A DNA stretch of 32,000 bases from Vibrio cholerae ATCC 14035 (lineage in GTDB: Bacteria; Pseudomonadota; Gammaproteobacteria; Enterobacterales; Vibrionaceae), in assembly GCF_000621645.1 (NCBI RefSeq), contig NZ_JHXR01000014.1, forward strand, positions 120,001 to 152,000. Reading direction: 5' to 3'. The stretch's first letter is position 1. Every line of letters starts with the position of its first letter. The notes under the pieces are model-generated. The model ran no database searches, was not told the DNA's origin, and was given only the letters and a program-made list of their open reading frames with translations. The translations under genes were made by a program, and so were the position numbers. Shown piece by piece: positions 1 through 8,838 of this stretch.

Positions 1-1395
1 CTGCACCGCATGGAAGCCCGGTTTCTCAGGAATCGTGCCTTCAGGCAATTTCCACACTTTTTCGGCAATCGCACGGTGTTTAGGGTTAGCCACCACCATG
101 TCGGCTGGCAGACGGTGTGCAAAGGTACCCACTTCACGCGCCGTACCACAGGCTGATGGCTGACCGGTCAGTGAGAATGGGCTGTTGCCTGGAGTGGCGA
201 TTTTGCCAGTAAGTAAGTGCAGGTTGTACACCAAGCTTTGCATCCAGACACCGCGAGTATGTTGGTTCATCCCCATGGTCCAGAGTGACATCACTTTGGT
301 GTTTGGATCGGCATACTGCTTCGCGAGCGTGATCAGTTTATCCGGTGATACTCCGGAAATTTCAGACGCTTTTTCAACCGTGTAAGGCGCAACCGATTTT
401 TTGTACTCTTCAAACGAAATATCGCTGACATCACCGGAGTTGGCGTTTTTCGCCTTTTTCTGTAGAGGGTGATCGTCACGCAGACCGTAACCGATGTCTG
501 TGACCGCTTGTTTGAAATGGGTGTGCTTGTTGACAAAGTCCCAGTTCACCGCATCGTTTTGAATGATGTAGTTGGCGATGAAGTTGGCAATCGCTAAGTC
601 AGACTGTGGGTGGAAAATGTAGCCATGATCCGCCAACTCAAAGGAACGGTGGTAATACGTTGAGAGCACATTCACTTTGACATGAGGATGGCTTAGGCGA
701 CGGTCAGTAATGCGCGTCCAGAGCACTGGGTGCATTTCCGCCATGTTGGAACCCCAAAGCACAAACGCATCGGCGTGTTCAAAGTCGTCATAACAGCCCA
801 TAGGCTCATCAATACCAAAGGTACGCATAAAGCCCACTACCGCAGAAGCCATACAGTGACGTGCGTTGGGGTCAATGTTGTTAGAACGAAAGCCCGCTTT
901 CATCAGCTTCACCGCCGCGTAACCTTCCATCACTGTCCACTGGCCAGAACCGAACATACCCACGCTGGTTGGGCCTTTGGTTTTAAGCGAAGCTTTCCAT
1001 TTTTCAGCCATCACATCAAATGCGGTATCCCAAGAGACTGGGGTGAATTCACCGTCTTTGTGGTATTGACCATCTTTCATGCGCAGCAGCGGCGTTTTTA
1101 AGCGATCTTGACCGTACATGATTTTGGAGAGGAAGTAGCCCTTAATGCAGTTAAGGCCTTTGTTTACTGGAGCTTCAGGATCACCTTGTGTGGCGACAAC
1201 GCGACCATCTTGGGTTCCGACCAGCACAGAACAGCCTGTACCACAAAAACGGCAAGGTGCTTTGTCCCAATGAATTGCGGTTTGATCGGAGCTAGCGATC
1301 AAGTTGGTGGCAGATGCGGGGAGGGTGATCCCTGCAACCGCCGCAGCTGAGGCGGCTGCGTTTGCTTTCACAAACGCACGTCTGGTCATTTTCAT
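1..1395 (-). CDS. napA: Periplasmic nitrate reductase catalytic subunit NapA, N-terminal 465 codons (3' end lies beyond the left window edge)
   Basis: The minus-strand frame is open from the ATG at 1393-1395 to position 1. It is missing from the ORF track because it is truncated. Hand translation gives [35 protein letters not shown], which carries a twin-arginine TRRAFVK signal. Further in, [11 protein letters not shown] is the N-terminal 4Fe-4S Cys motif of molybdopterin oxidoreductases. The start overlaps the napD stop by 4 nt. Confidence 0.93.
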   Translation of the reverse strand, partial: MKMTRRAFVKANAAASAAAVAGITLPASATNLIASSDQTAIHWDKAPCRFCGTGCSVLVGTQDGRVVATQGDPEAPVNKGLNCIKGYFLSKIMYGQDRLKTPLLRMKDGQYHKDGEFTPVSWDTAFDVMAEKWKASLKTKGPTSVGMFGSGQWTVMEGYAAVKLMKAGFRSNNIDPNARHCMASAVVGFMRTFGIDEPMGCYDDFEHADAFVLWGSNMAEMHPVLWTRITDRRLSHPHVKVNVLSTYYHRSFELADHGYIFHPQSDLAIANFIANYIIQNDAVNWDFVNKHTHFKQAVTDIGYGLRDDHPLQKKAKNANSGDVSDISFEEYKKSVAPYTVEKASEISGVSPDKLITLAKQYADPNTKVMSLWTMGMNQHTRGVWMQSLVYNLHLLTGKIATPGNSPFSLTGQPSACGTAREVGTFAHRLPADMVVANPKHRAIAEKVWKLPEGTIPEKPGFHAVQ

Positions 1396-1733
1396 ACATT
1401 ACCCTCGAGTTCAGAAAAGGTATTTCCAGTGTGTAATTGTTCTTCTTCCGTTACCGTCTCTATCTGATGAAACACCAGAAAAGCGTTGAGCACATTGGGA
1501 AGATTATTAATATGTTCTATGGTTTCGGTGATGAAGCCTTGACGATCGGTTTCAATCACAACGACGAGTTTGCCTTGCGGATCCTCGCCGTAAATTTCCA
1601 CATCACGCAGCTCGCTCACCTGCTGTTTCACTGTGAGCAAATGCTCTGGCAAGGTGTGAACCACCAAGCTGGAAATGTGTACTTCGTGCAGTGAAGCTGA
1701 GGGTTGTGACATCTTGCTCTCCAATTTATCCAC
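1392..1733 (-). CDS. napD: NapD, NapA signal-peptide-binding maturation chaperone
   Basis: This 113-aa ORF lies between napF and napA and overlaps the napA start by 4 nt. The segment VHISSLVVH...KLVVVIETD...[21 protein letters not shown] aligns with the E. coli NapD pattern as recalled. The true start may be the internal Met at 1712. Confidence 0.85.
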   Translation of the reverse strand: MDKLESKMSQPSASLHEVHISSLVVHTLPEHLLTVKQQVSELRDVEIYGEDPQGKLVVVIETDRQGFITETIEHINNLPNVLNAFLVFHQIETVTEEEQLHTGNTFSELEGNV

Positions 1734-1738
1734 GCCGT

Positions 1739-2245
1739 TTAAGCGATGTGTTGGGTGTAGTGAACCGTCATTGCGTTACTGGGACAAACCGAAACGCAAG
1801 CTCCGCAACCGGAGCACTGTTCGCTGTTGACCTGCGGGCTTGCGGTGCGGCCGATTTGCAAAGCAAAATGAATCGCCTCTTCTGGGCAGGCATCTTGGCA
1901 AGAGCGGCACTCCACTTGCTGTTGAGCCAAACAGTGATGGGTAATGTGCACCTTTGCTTGCCATGGCGCTTCGCTTTGCGCCACGAAGAGGGGTTCCGGA
2001 CAGCTCTGTGCGCACTGGTAACAAAACGTGCACTCATCGATCGAAAAATTCACCGTGGGAAAGCCGCCATCGCCTTTTTCGATAATGTGAGTCTCACACG
2101 CAGTAACGCACTTGCCGCAGCGAGTACACTCATCGGTAAACGCGTCTGGACGTGCTAACCAAGGCAGCCGAACTTGGCTTTGGTTGGGCTGACGATTCGG
2201 AGTGAACCAACGTCGTTTACTTAAGTCGACCATGTTTTTCTCCAC
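1739..2245 (-). CDS. napF: Ferredoxin-type iron-sulfur protein NapF
   Basis: The 168-aa product has repeated CxxCxxCxxxC(P) 4Fe-4S motifs: CTRCGKCVTACE, CTFCYQCAQSCP, CRSCQDACP and CSGCGACVSVCP. It is the first gene of the nap cluster. Confidence 0.85.
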   Translation of the reverse strand: MEKNMVDLSKRRWFTPNRQPNQSQVRLPWLARPDAFTDECTRCGKCVTACETHIIEKGDGGFPTVNFSIDECTFCYQCAQSCPEPLFVAQSEAPWQAKVHITHHCLAQQQVECRSCQDACPEEAIHFALQIGRTASPQVNSEQCSGCGACVSVCPSNAMTVHYTQHIA

Positions 2246-2307
2246 ACCTGTTCACAACCTGCCATATTCCCATACACAAATTGTAGTTTTTGACATATTT
2301 GTATAAA

Positions 2308-2323
2308 TACCTCTTAGGAGGTA
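2308..2323. promoter_or_regulatory. NarP/NarL-type 7-2-7 inverted heptamer pair (TACCTCT-TA-GGAGGTA)
   Basis: The left heptamer TACCTCT matches the TACYYMT consensus at 7/7. The right heptamer, read as its reverse complement TACCTCC, matches at 6/7. The spacer is exactly 2 bp. The site lies 63-78 bp upstream of the napF ATG in the napF/narQ divergent spacer. Confidence 0.6.
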
Positions 2324-2337
2324 ATTGGGGTGGTGGA

Positions 2338-2351
2338 TTGTTTTGGATCAA
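2338..2351. promoter_or_regulatory. FNR-like box TTGTT-TTGG-ATCAA
   Basis: It matches TTGAT-N4-ATCAA at 9/10 positions. It sits 29 bp (centre to centre) from the NarP site, on the side distal to napF. Confidence 0.4.
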
Positions 2352-2402
2352 TAAATTAACCTGCCCGTTTCGGATAGTGTGTAGCCCTAAAGAGGTGGAA
2401 GC

Positions 2403-4154
2403 TTGGTTATCAATCAGAGAGAGACTGCATTGTTCACTCCAGTACGACATTCATTAACCCGTACTATGGCGAAAGCCATGTTATTGATTTTGTTTCTCTC
2501 GGCATTGACGACTGGGGTCGCCATTGTCACTTTGGCGTCTTCTTTGAATGATGCAGAAGCGGTAAACGTCTCCGGCTCTATGCGCATGCAGAGTTATCGT
2601 TTGGCGTATGACATCCAAACCCAATCCCATGACTACAAGGCGCATATTTTTCTGTTTGAAAACTCACTGTACTCACCCTCCATGCTCGCTTTGCTCGACT
2701 GGACGGTACCCAGTGACATTCAACAAGATTACTACCAGCTGATTGAGCGCTGGCATGAGCTCAAAAAAGTGCTTAATAGTGACCAAAAAGCGCAATATCT
2801 TGACCAAGTTGCGCCTTTTGTCAGCTTAGTGGATGGCTTTGTACTCAAGTTACAGCGCTTTTCTGAGCGTAAATTGATTGCGTTAGCTGCAGTAGGCAGT
2901 TTTGGTTTAGGCGGGATTTTTGCGGTATCCCTCTTTGTGGTGTATTACATCCGGGAGCAGGTCGTGCGGCCGCTCAATGCCATGGTTGATGCCAGCGAAA
3001 AGATCAAAAATCGAAATTTTGATGTCATGCTGGAGGAGACCAGCAGCACTGAAATGGGGATCCTCAGCCGAACGTTTAACAGCATGGCGGGCGATCTTGG
3101 CAAACTTTATCGCGGGCTAGAGCACGCAGTGAATGAGAAAACCAACAAGCTGCAAATGGCCAATCAATCGCTGCAGGTCTTGTATCACTCTTCGCAAGAG
3201 TTGACGGCTTCACGGATCACGGCGAGTAACTTCCAAACCATTTTGCGCCATTGGGTCGCGTTGGAAGGGATTTGTGCTCTTCGATTAGAAATTGAAGAGG
3301 AAGCTGGCAAGCCATTGATTTTGCAAGAAGGAAAGCCAAGCGGTGCCGTGATGTTGCAAACACCACTCACCTTAGATGGTCATCATCTTGGCTTTTTGTA
3401 TTGGGAAGCGGGTTCGCCTGAGCCAGATCGGGCTTTGATTGATAACTTTGCGCTGATATTGTCGCGCGCGATTTACTACAATCAAGCGCAGCGCCAAGCA
3501 GAGCAACTGCTGTTAATGGAAGAGCGAGCCACCATAGCGCGAGAACTGCATGATTCGCTTGCTCAATCGCTCTCTTATTTAAAGATCCAGTTAACCTTGC
3601 TGAAACGTTCCGTCACGCCGTTAAAGTCGGATGGCGATTTAAGTAAGACGGAAAACATCATTCGCGAGATAGACAAAGGTCTGTCGGATGCTTATACCCA
3701 GTTGCGTGAACTACTCACCACCTTCCGCCTGACCTTAACCGAAGGCAGTTTTGGTCAATCTCTACTGGGTATGCTGACTCAACTTTCGGGGCAAACCGAT
3801 GCGAAAATTGAACTCAATAACGCGCTTTCCTCAATTGCGCTGGATGCTCATCAGCAAGTGCATTTGGTGCAGTTGATTCGTGAAGCAACGATTAACGCGA
3901 TAAAGCACGCCAAGGCCACTAAAATTAAGGTCAACTGCCAAGAGCAGCAGGGACGAGTCCAAGTCACGATTGAAGATGATGGGGTTGGCTTCGATCTGCA
4001 AGATCACAAGATCAATCACTATGGTATGAGCATAATGCAAGAACGCGCCGCCCGTTTACGTGGTGAATTAAAGGTTGAATCCGCTCCGGGTAAAGGCTGC
4101 AAAGTGGTGCTGACTTACCAACAAAGCGAGGAGAAAAATAAGAATGAGTTGTAG
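2403..4154 (+). CDS. narQ: Nitrate/nitrite sensor histidine kinase NarQ
   Basis: The 583-aa product has two TM segments flanking a periplasmic region with the nitrate-sensor P-box-like motif SGSMRMQSYRL. It also has HAMP-like and HisKA_3 (ELHDSLAQSLSYLK) regions and an ATPase domain (DDGVGF...GMSIMQERA). The TTG start at 2403 is preceded by AAGAGGTGGA. The ATG at 2466 lacks an SD and would truncate the protein relative to E. coli NarQ. Confidence 0.9.
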   Translation: MVINQRETALFTPVRHSLTRTMAKAMLLILFLSALTTGVAIVTLASSLNDAEAVNVSGSMRMQSYRLAYDIQTQSHDYKAHIFLFENSLYSPSMLALLDWTVPSDIQQDYYQLIERWHELKKVLNSDQKAQYLDQVAPFVSLVDGFVLKLQRFSERKLIALAAVGSFGLGGIFAVSLFVVYYIREQVVRPLNAMVDASEKIKNRNFDVMLEETSSTEMGILSRTFNSMAGDLGKLYRGLEHAVNEKTNKLQMANQSLQVLYHSSQELTASRITASNFQTILRHWVALEGICALRLEIEEEAGKPLILQEGKPSGAVMLQTPLTLDGHHLGFLYWEAGSPEPDRALIDNFALILSRAIYYNQAQRQAEQLLLMEERATIARELHDSLAQSLSYLKIQLTLLKRSVTPLKSDGDLSKTENIIREIDKGLSDAYTQLRELLTTFRLTLTEGSFGQSLLGMLTQLSGQTDAKIELNNALSSIALDAHQQVHLVQLIREATINAIKHAKATKIKVNCQEQQGRVQVTIEDDGVGFDLQDHKINHYGMSIMQERAARLRGELKVESAPGKGCKVVLTYQQSEEKNKNEL

Positions 4155-4770
4155 AGTCCTTTTAGTGGATGATCACCCGCTGATGCGCCGTGGTATCAAT
4201 CAACTATTGAGTTTTGAAGAAGAATTTGAGGTGGTTGCCGAAGCGGGGAGTGGGGCTGAAGCGATCGCTCTGGCGCATGATCTACAACCGGACTTGATTC
4301 TGCTCGATCTCAATATGAAAGGGATGTCGGGATTGGATACGCTGACTGCGCTGCGCACCGATGAGTGTGACGCATATGTGGTGATCCTCACGGTTTCAGA
4401 CAGCGCCGCAGATATTGAAGCATTAGTCAAAGCGGGGGCTGATGGCTATCTCCTCAAAGACACTGAGCCGGATCAACTGGTGGCGCTGCTTAAACAAGCC
4501 ATGCAAGGCGAAAAAGCCTTTAGTGAGTCGGTCGAACGCTACCTTTTAAATCGCGAGCATACGAGTAATCCTTTTGAAGCATTAACGGAACGTGAAATGC
4601 AAATTATGTCAGAAGTGGCAAAGGGTTATCGCAATCGACAAATCGCCGACCGCCTGTTTATTTCTGAATCTACCGTCAAAGTGCACATGAAAAGCTTACT
4701 GAAAAAGCTTGATGTGCCATCACGCACCGCTGCCACGATTCTTTATCTAGAGCGGTATGCTAATGCTTAG
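4144..4770 (+). CDS. narP: Nitrate/nitrite response regulator NarP (REC + LuxR-type HTH)
   Basis: The 208-aa product has a receiver domain (VLLVDDHPLMRRG...LILLDLNMKGMSG) and a C-terminal LuxR HTH (LTEREMQIMSEVAKGYRNRQIADRLFISESTVKVHM). It overlaps the narQ stop by 11 nt. Confidence 0.9.
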   Translation: MSCRVLLVDDHPLMRRGINQLLSFEEEFEVVAEAGSGAEAIALAHDLQPDLILLDLNMKGMSGLDTLTALRTDECDAYVVILTVSDSAADIEALVKAGADGYLLKDTEPDQLVALLKQAMQGEKAFSESVERYLLNREHTSNPFEALTEREMQIMSEVAKGYRNRQIADRLFISESTVKVHMKSLLKKLDVPSRTAATILYLERYANA

Positions 4771-4793
4771 CCTCAACAACAAGAGCTGACTTT

Positions 4794-4816
4794 TTGGGGG
4801 AGTGTCTTCCCCCCAA
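4794..4816. terminator. Hairpin between convergent narP and the LacI-family gene
   Basis: TTGGGGGA-gtgtct-TCCCCC(C)AA forms a G/C-rich stem. It is preceded by a T-run and sits in the 50-bp convergent spacer. Confidence 0.5.
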
Positions 4817-4820
4817 CCGT

Positions 4821-5852
4821 CTAGGATTTGAGTGTACTTTTACGTTGGATTAATTTGGTCGGCACCATTAATTTGACCAAGCTCTGATTCCTAGTGGTAA
4901 TCTGATCCACAATAATTTTGACCGACTCGCGAGCTAGCCGCTTAAAATCTTGGGCAAAAGTGGTGAGTTGGTAACTGAGCCATTCTGTTTGAGGAATGTT
5001 GTCAAAACCAATAACTTGTATGTCGTCTGGTATCCGAAGTGAAAACTCGAATCTTGCAATGTCCATGACGGCCATCGCAAGGTTATCTGTTGCGCAGAAA
5101 ATGGCCGCGGGTCGAGACGAGTCAGCAATCAGACGGCGTATGGTATCAAGTGATCCGGTGTAGTCATAAGTCGCTTTCACCACAGGCGGGGTGAAACCGG
5201 TCAGTGATTTGAATTCACTACAAAAACCTTGTTGGCGTTCATCATTGGTAAAAGTGGGTACTTCACCTGTTAAATAAACTGCAGATTGAGCACCTGCTTG
5301 ATGTAATAACTGAGCCGCTTGTCGACCTGCTTCATAGTTATCGCTGATCACATAGCTACTTTTGGTGCCTTCAACGACTCGCGCGTATTGCACAATGGGA
5401 ATATTGAATTCTTCACACTCTTCATAAAGAGTTTTATTGAATGTTGCAGAAGCTGCAATCACGCCATCCACTCGATATTGGAAAATATTCGGAATGGAGT
5501 GGTTATCTTGTTCATCTACTTGCCAAGGGATCAGTACGGCCGAATAACCCACCTGTTGCAATTCGCTAGAAATTAACTGCAACGTTTTCATATGGATAGG
5601 GTAATCTGCATCTGGGAAAACCAAGCCGATCAGTTTGGACTCATTTGTGGTTAAACTGCGTGCAAACGCATTAGGCCGATAGTTAAGGACTTTAGCAGCT
5701 TCAAAGACTTTCTGTTTCGTTTTTTCAGATACCGAGCTACCCGGTACAAAAACGCGTGATACGGTAGATTGAGAAACCCCAGCTAACTTGGCAACATCTT
5801 TGGAGGTGACGGTGGCTTTTTCAGAATGCATAACTCGTGATTTATCAGTCAT
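4821..5852 (-). CDS. LacI/GalR-family transcriptional regulator
   Basis: The 343-aa product has an N-terminal HTH (VTSKDVAKLAGVSQSTVSRVF) followed by a periplasmic-binding-protein-like sugar-binding fold. The start could instead be the Met at 5831. Confidence 0.9.
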   Translation of the reverse strand: MTDKSRVMHSEKATVTSKDVAKLAGVSQSTVSRVFVPGSSVSEKTKQKVFEAAKVLNYRPNAFARSLTTNESKLIGLVFPDADYPIHMKTLQLISSELQQVGYSAVLIPWQVDEQDNHSIPNIFQYRVDGVIAASATFNKTLYEECEEFNIPIVQYARVVEGTKSSYVISDNYEAGRQAAQLLHQAGAQSAVYLTGEVPTFTNDERQQGFCSEFKSLTGFTPPVVKATYDYTGSLDTIRRLIADSSRPAAIFCATDNLAMAVMDIARFEFSLRIPDDIQVIGFDNIPQTEWLSYQLTTFAQDFKRLARESVKIIVDQITTRNQSLVKLMVPTKLIQRKSTLKS

Positions 5853-5948
5853 TAGAACCGACTACAGCCTAGCATAAATAGTTACGTAGTCATCAATTCA
5901 ATTAACACAACGTCACATAATTTAGAGCGGTAAACGGTTATTCGCTCA

Positions 5949-5973
5949 TTATTTTGGGTTATACCCAAAATAA
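5949..5973. repeat. Perfect 11-bp inverted repeat with 3-nt spacer (TTATTTTGGGT-tat-ACCCAAAATAA)
   Basis: Read directly from the sequence. It lies about 97-121 bp upstream of the LacI-family gene start. It could be an operator or an RNA hairpin. Confidence 0.6.
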
Positions 5974-6029
5974 ACAGCTCTGAGATATCCATAGTAAGAA
6001 GATCGCCTCGTCCATGAGGTGATATAGAG

Positions 6030-6057
6030 GAACTCTCCCAGATCTTAGGGAGAGTTC
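6030..6057 (-). terminator. Stem-loop downstream of the tandem SnoaL-like gene
   Basis: GAACTCTCCC-agatctta-GGGAGAGTTC is a perfect 10-bp stem located 35 bp past the stop at 6092. There is no strong U-run on the minus strand. Confidence 0.45.
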
Positions 6058-6091
6058 ATTTAATCGAGAGAGTGTGAATCCAGATCGCAGC

Positions 6092-7108
6092 TTACAAGGC
6101 AGGATTCATGATCTTTTGAGTGCGTTCAAACACATCCAAACCTTGCTGTTTTAACCAATAAGGGAGGTCAATCAATACCCAGTTCTCAGAGAGCTTATTA
6201 CCGTCGCGATAGTAGACATCAACAACCTGCATATCGGCGCGGATCTCTCCTCCCGGCATTCCCAAGAAACCGCCAATCGGCGTATTCGAAAGGTTTGGCC
6301 AACCAAAGAAGCACGCAAAATTACCCTCTGCAAATCGGCAGACATGGCCGTTAAACTTCTTATCTTTTAAGTTGTTACGGAAAGGTAATTGGTGTTGTTG
6401 TTGGTAGCGAGGGATAGTGTACGAAGCCCCAATCCCACAAGGACCATACCAAATCATGTCTTTTGACCAGCTTTTCTCAAGCACTTCCGGAGGACAGCCC
6501 ATAGCACCACTATCGTTCAGGGCTGAAAGGTCTGCAACCATTTGATTCACAAGATCTAAGGTAGCCACACCTTCTTCTGGAGCCGCATCTTCAAATAGCA
6601 GTCCATTATGATGGCGTGGGCCAGGATAGACAAAATGCTTGCCCGTAGATGGCGGTAACGGATAGCAGCCCGCTTGATCCATAACACCCAATAGATCGAG
6701 GAACAGTCCCGTTTTGCTGATCTTGCCATTTTCGACACAGTTAAACTCGGCATAACGAATGTTCATGATTTTGCCAGTTGGACGCATGCCTAAGTATTCA
6801 GCATCGAATAGCCCCATAAAATGGCCCATGCTCATTACCCAAATTTCATCTGGATTAATTTCGTTATTACCTGCAATGAAAATATCTTGACGACGCTGCA
6901 TTCGAGTCATGGATTTCATTAATGGAGCCCAAAAAATATCGGCCGCCGCTTGTGCACCTTGCTGTTCACGGAATGGATAAACACCACGCCATAAATAACC
7001 TTCGGTGGTATGGGCTTTTAAAACTTCAGCAACATTTTCATAGGATGCGTTTTCGATTGCATCAAAGTATTCACGAACAATGCGTTTTGCTTGTTGATAT
7101 TTTGTCAT
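6092..7108 (-). CDS. Tandem SnoaL-like / NTF2-fold (ester-cyclase-like) protein, function unknown
   Basis: The 338-aa product shows an internal duplication. LGMRPTGKIMNIRYAEFNCVENGKISKTGLFLDLLGVMDQAG parallels LGMPGGEIRADMQVVDVYYRDGNKLSENWVLIDLPYWLKQQG. Both segments fit the SnoaL/ester-cyclase C-terminal pattern. An AGAGAG SD precedes the ATG. Confidence 0.7.
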   Translation of the reverse strand: MTKYQQAKRIVREYFDAIENASYENVAEVLKAHTTEGYLWRGVYPFREQQGAQAAADIFWAPLMKSMTRMQRRQDIFIAGNNEINPDEIWVMSMGHFMGLFDAEYLGMRPTGKIMNIRYAEFNCVENGKISKTGLFLDLLGVMDQAGCYPLPPSTGKHFVYPGPRHHNGLLFEDAAPEEGVATLDLVNQMVADLSALNDSGAMGCPPEVLEKSWSKDMIWYGPCGIGASYTIPRYQQQHQLPFRNNLKDKKFNGHVCRFAEGNFACFFGWPNLSNTPIGGFLGMPGGEIRADMQVVDVYYRDGNKLSENWVLIDLPYWLKQQGLDVFERTQKIMNPAL

Positions 7109-7171
7109 AGTAAAACTCTCTTTTTGCTGTTTGAGTCAGCATGGGGAACAGGACTCATTGAGATGAAAGGG

Positions 7172-7190
7172 GCGGATGAGAGTCATCCGC
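7172..7190 (-). other. Intercistronic stem-loop between the MFS and SnoaL-like genes
   Basis: GCGGATGA-gag-TCATCCGC forms an 8-bp stem in the 96-bp spacer. It has no convincing U-run, so it is more likely an mRNA-processing or stability element than a terminator. Confidence 0.35.
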
Positions 7191-7204
7191 GCCTTGAATC
7201 AGGT

Positions 7205-8500
7205 TTACGCGTTAGCCGGTTGGTTGCTCTTACGTTTATCGAATAAACCGCCTTTTAATGTTTCTGGAAGCGATAGCCATAATAAGCCAGCCACTATCCA
7301 CACAATCGGTGAGCCCCACATTGCAGTCTGTAAGTCGGTGCGCTCTTTGATAAAAATGAGAACCATAGGTGCCCACATTCCAATAATTCGCCCGCCGTGG
7401 AAGAGTGCAGCACCATAACTGCGCAAATGAGCAGGGAATAATTCTGAGAAGTAGCCACCCCAAACCGCTGAAGACGAGAGGCCAAAGTTATAAATTAAGC
7501 CCAAGATTGCCAGCATATTGAGGCTGCCAATCATCAGATCGCTCGGTGCGATGAAAAAGATAGAAGCCATGATGCCCGCAAGAATGAAGCCAAACGCATT
7601 CACTTTACGTCCAAATTTGTCGGCGACCGCGCCCCAAACCCAAGCTCCAAATAGAGAACCAAAAGCGGAGATTGAGAAGATCACACCGATTGTTGCACCA
7701 TCAAACTGACGAACTTCTTTCAAATACGTGGTGACGAAACCGCTAAAGAATTGAAAACCGTAAAAATTAAGGCCAGCTAGAAGCAAACAGGTGATGGTAA
7801 GGAGCCGATAAGGTTTGCTGAGCATTTCACCCCAAGAGCCTTTTTTCGCAGGTGTGTTTTGCCCTGTATTAGCTGAGGAATCTTCTTCGCCGTAAGCGAT
7901 GACGTTTTTATCGCTAGGTAAGACAAATACCATGGCAAATGCGGCAGCTAAAGGCGGAATTCCACCAACCCACATCAAACTTTCCCAGGGGGCATCTATG
8001 CTAGAGATAAAGGCCGCGTATGCCCCCATTACCATTAAAGCTACAGAGAACATGGATGAGGCAAATGCGGTCAGTTTGCCGCGAACCGTTGGGGTAAAGA
8101 GGCCAATCATTAAGCTGACAGCGACGGTAAAGTAGCCGCCCAGTGACAAACCTATGATGAAACGCATCGCTGCCCATGTCGCGTAGTCAGTAAACATCAT
8201 GTTCACTATGGTTGCACCGCCGTTGAGTGCAGTAATCGTGATCAAGGTGTATTTCTTGCCAAAGCGGCCAGCAAACCAAGCGCAACTTAATGCGCCAATC
8301 AGCGCCCCAACGGATTGCCATGTATAGAATTGAGCAGTATCTGAAAGGCTAATGCCCTCATAAGCCTCAACGATGTAAGGGCGTACGTAGTCAATAATTA
8401 CAAAGTTATAACAATAGAAAAAGTAACCAACCAAGATCGCCAGATAGGCGGCTACTCTTTGAATCATAGGAACTTCGCTCATGTGTTTTTTGGTGGTCAT
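7205..8500 (-). CDS. Major facilitator superfamily transporter
   Basis: The 431-aa product is highly hydrophobic with about 12 TM segments. It carries an MFS loop motif (GRFGKK) and a second-half motif (DKFGRK). Confidence 0.85.
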   Translation of the reverse strand: MTTKKHMSEVPMIQRVAAYLAILVGYFFYCYNFVIIDYVRPYIVEAYEGISLSDTAQFYTWQSVGALIGALSCAWFAGRFGKKYTLITITALNGGATIVNMMFTDYATWAAMRFIIGLSLGGYFTVAVSLMIGLFTPTVRGKLTAFASSMFSVALMVMGAYAAFISSIDAPWESLMWVGGIPPLAAAFAMVFVLPSDKNVIAYGEEDSSANTGQNTPAKKGSWGEMLSKPYRLLTITCLLLAGLNFYGFQFFSGFVTTYLKEVRQFDGATIGVIFSISAFGSLFGAWVWGAVADKFGRKVNAFGFILAGIMASIFFIAPSDLMIGSLNMLAILGLIYNFGLSSSAVWGGYFSELFPAHLRSYGAALFHGGRIIGMWAPMVLIFIKERTDLQTAMWGSPIVWIVAGLLWLSLPETLKGGLFDKRKSNQPANA

Positions 8501-8584
8501 GACCGATAAACCTCTGTTTTAAATTGATTTAAATATAATTCAACAGTGTGATTGAGACGGTTTCTCCATCTTTTTCAACCTTTG

Positions 8585-8617
8585 CTTCGCGAAGAAGAAT
8601 AGATTTGTTTCGCGATA
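8585..8617. promoter_or_regulatory. Two TTCGCGA-centred palindromes (CTTCGCGAAG at 8585-8594; TTTCGCGATA at 8608-8617), candidate operators
   Basis: The first is a perfect 10-bp palindrome and the second a 4/5 half-pair palindrome. Their centres are 23 bp apart. They lie 85-117 bp upstream of the MFS gene in the divergent spacer. Confidence 0.3.
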
Positions 8618-8838
8618 ATGATCCGTGATCAAAATCAATTTAAAAATGAATGCGTACCCATTTTGTGTGTTTAGTTGATCGATGTCTCATAAATGGCTTG
8701 TTTTGGTCATGATGTGGAAATTATCACTTATGATGAGCGCTATGTTTGCTCAATTTCGGTATTTTTGGCCGGAATTATTGCTCGATTAGAAGCTTTTTAG
8801 CCGTGTAATTGATGAGATAGAGAACGGGAAAAATCATA

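Noticed and set aside
185-1489. Plus-strand and out-of-frame ORFs from the track inside the napA region (185..385, 333..536, 730..1101, 1108..1350, 1304..1489)
   Set aside because: All of them lie within the continuous minus-strand napA reading frame, whose product has clear Tat-signal and Fe-S motifs. They are shadow ORFs with low-complexity, Arg/His-rich translations.
1437-2158. Plus-strand ORFs 1437..1694 and 1691..2158, and nested minus-strand ORFs 1768..2037 and 1776..2033
   Set aside because: They are antisense or out-of-frame overlaps of napD and napF. They have no motifs, and napD and napF explain the region.
8713-8728. CRP-like sequence TGTGG-aaatta-TCACT upstream of the SSS transporter
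   Set aside because: Each half matches at only 4/5 in an AT-rich spacer where such matches are expected by chance. It is not supported enough to list as a feature.
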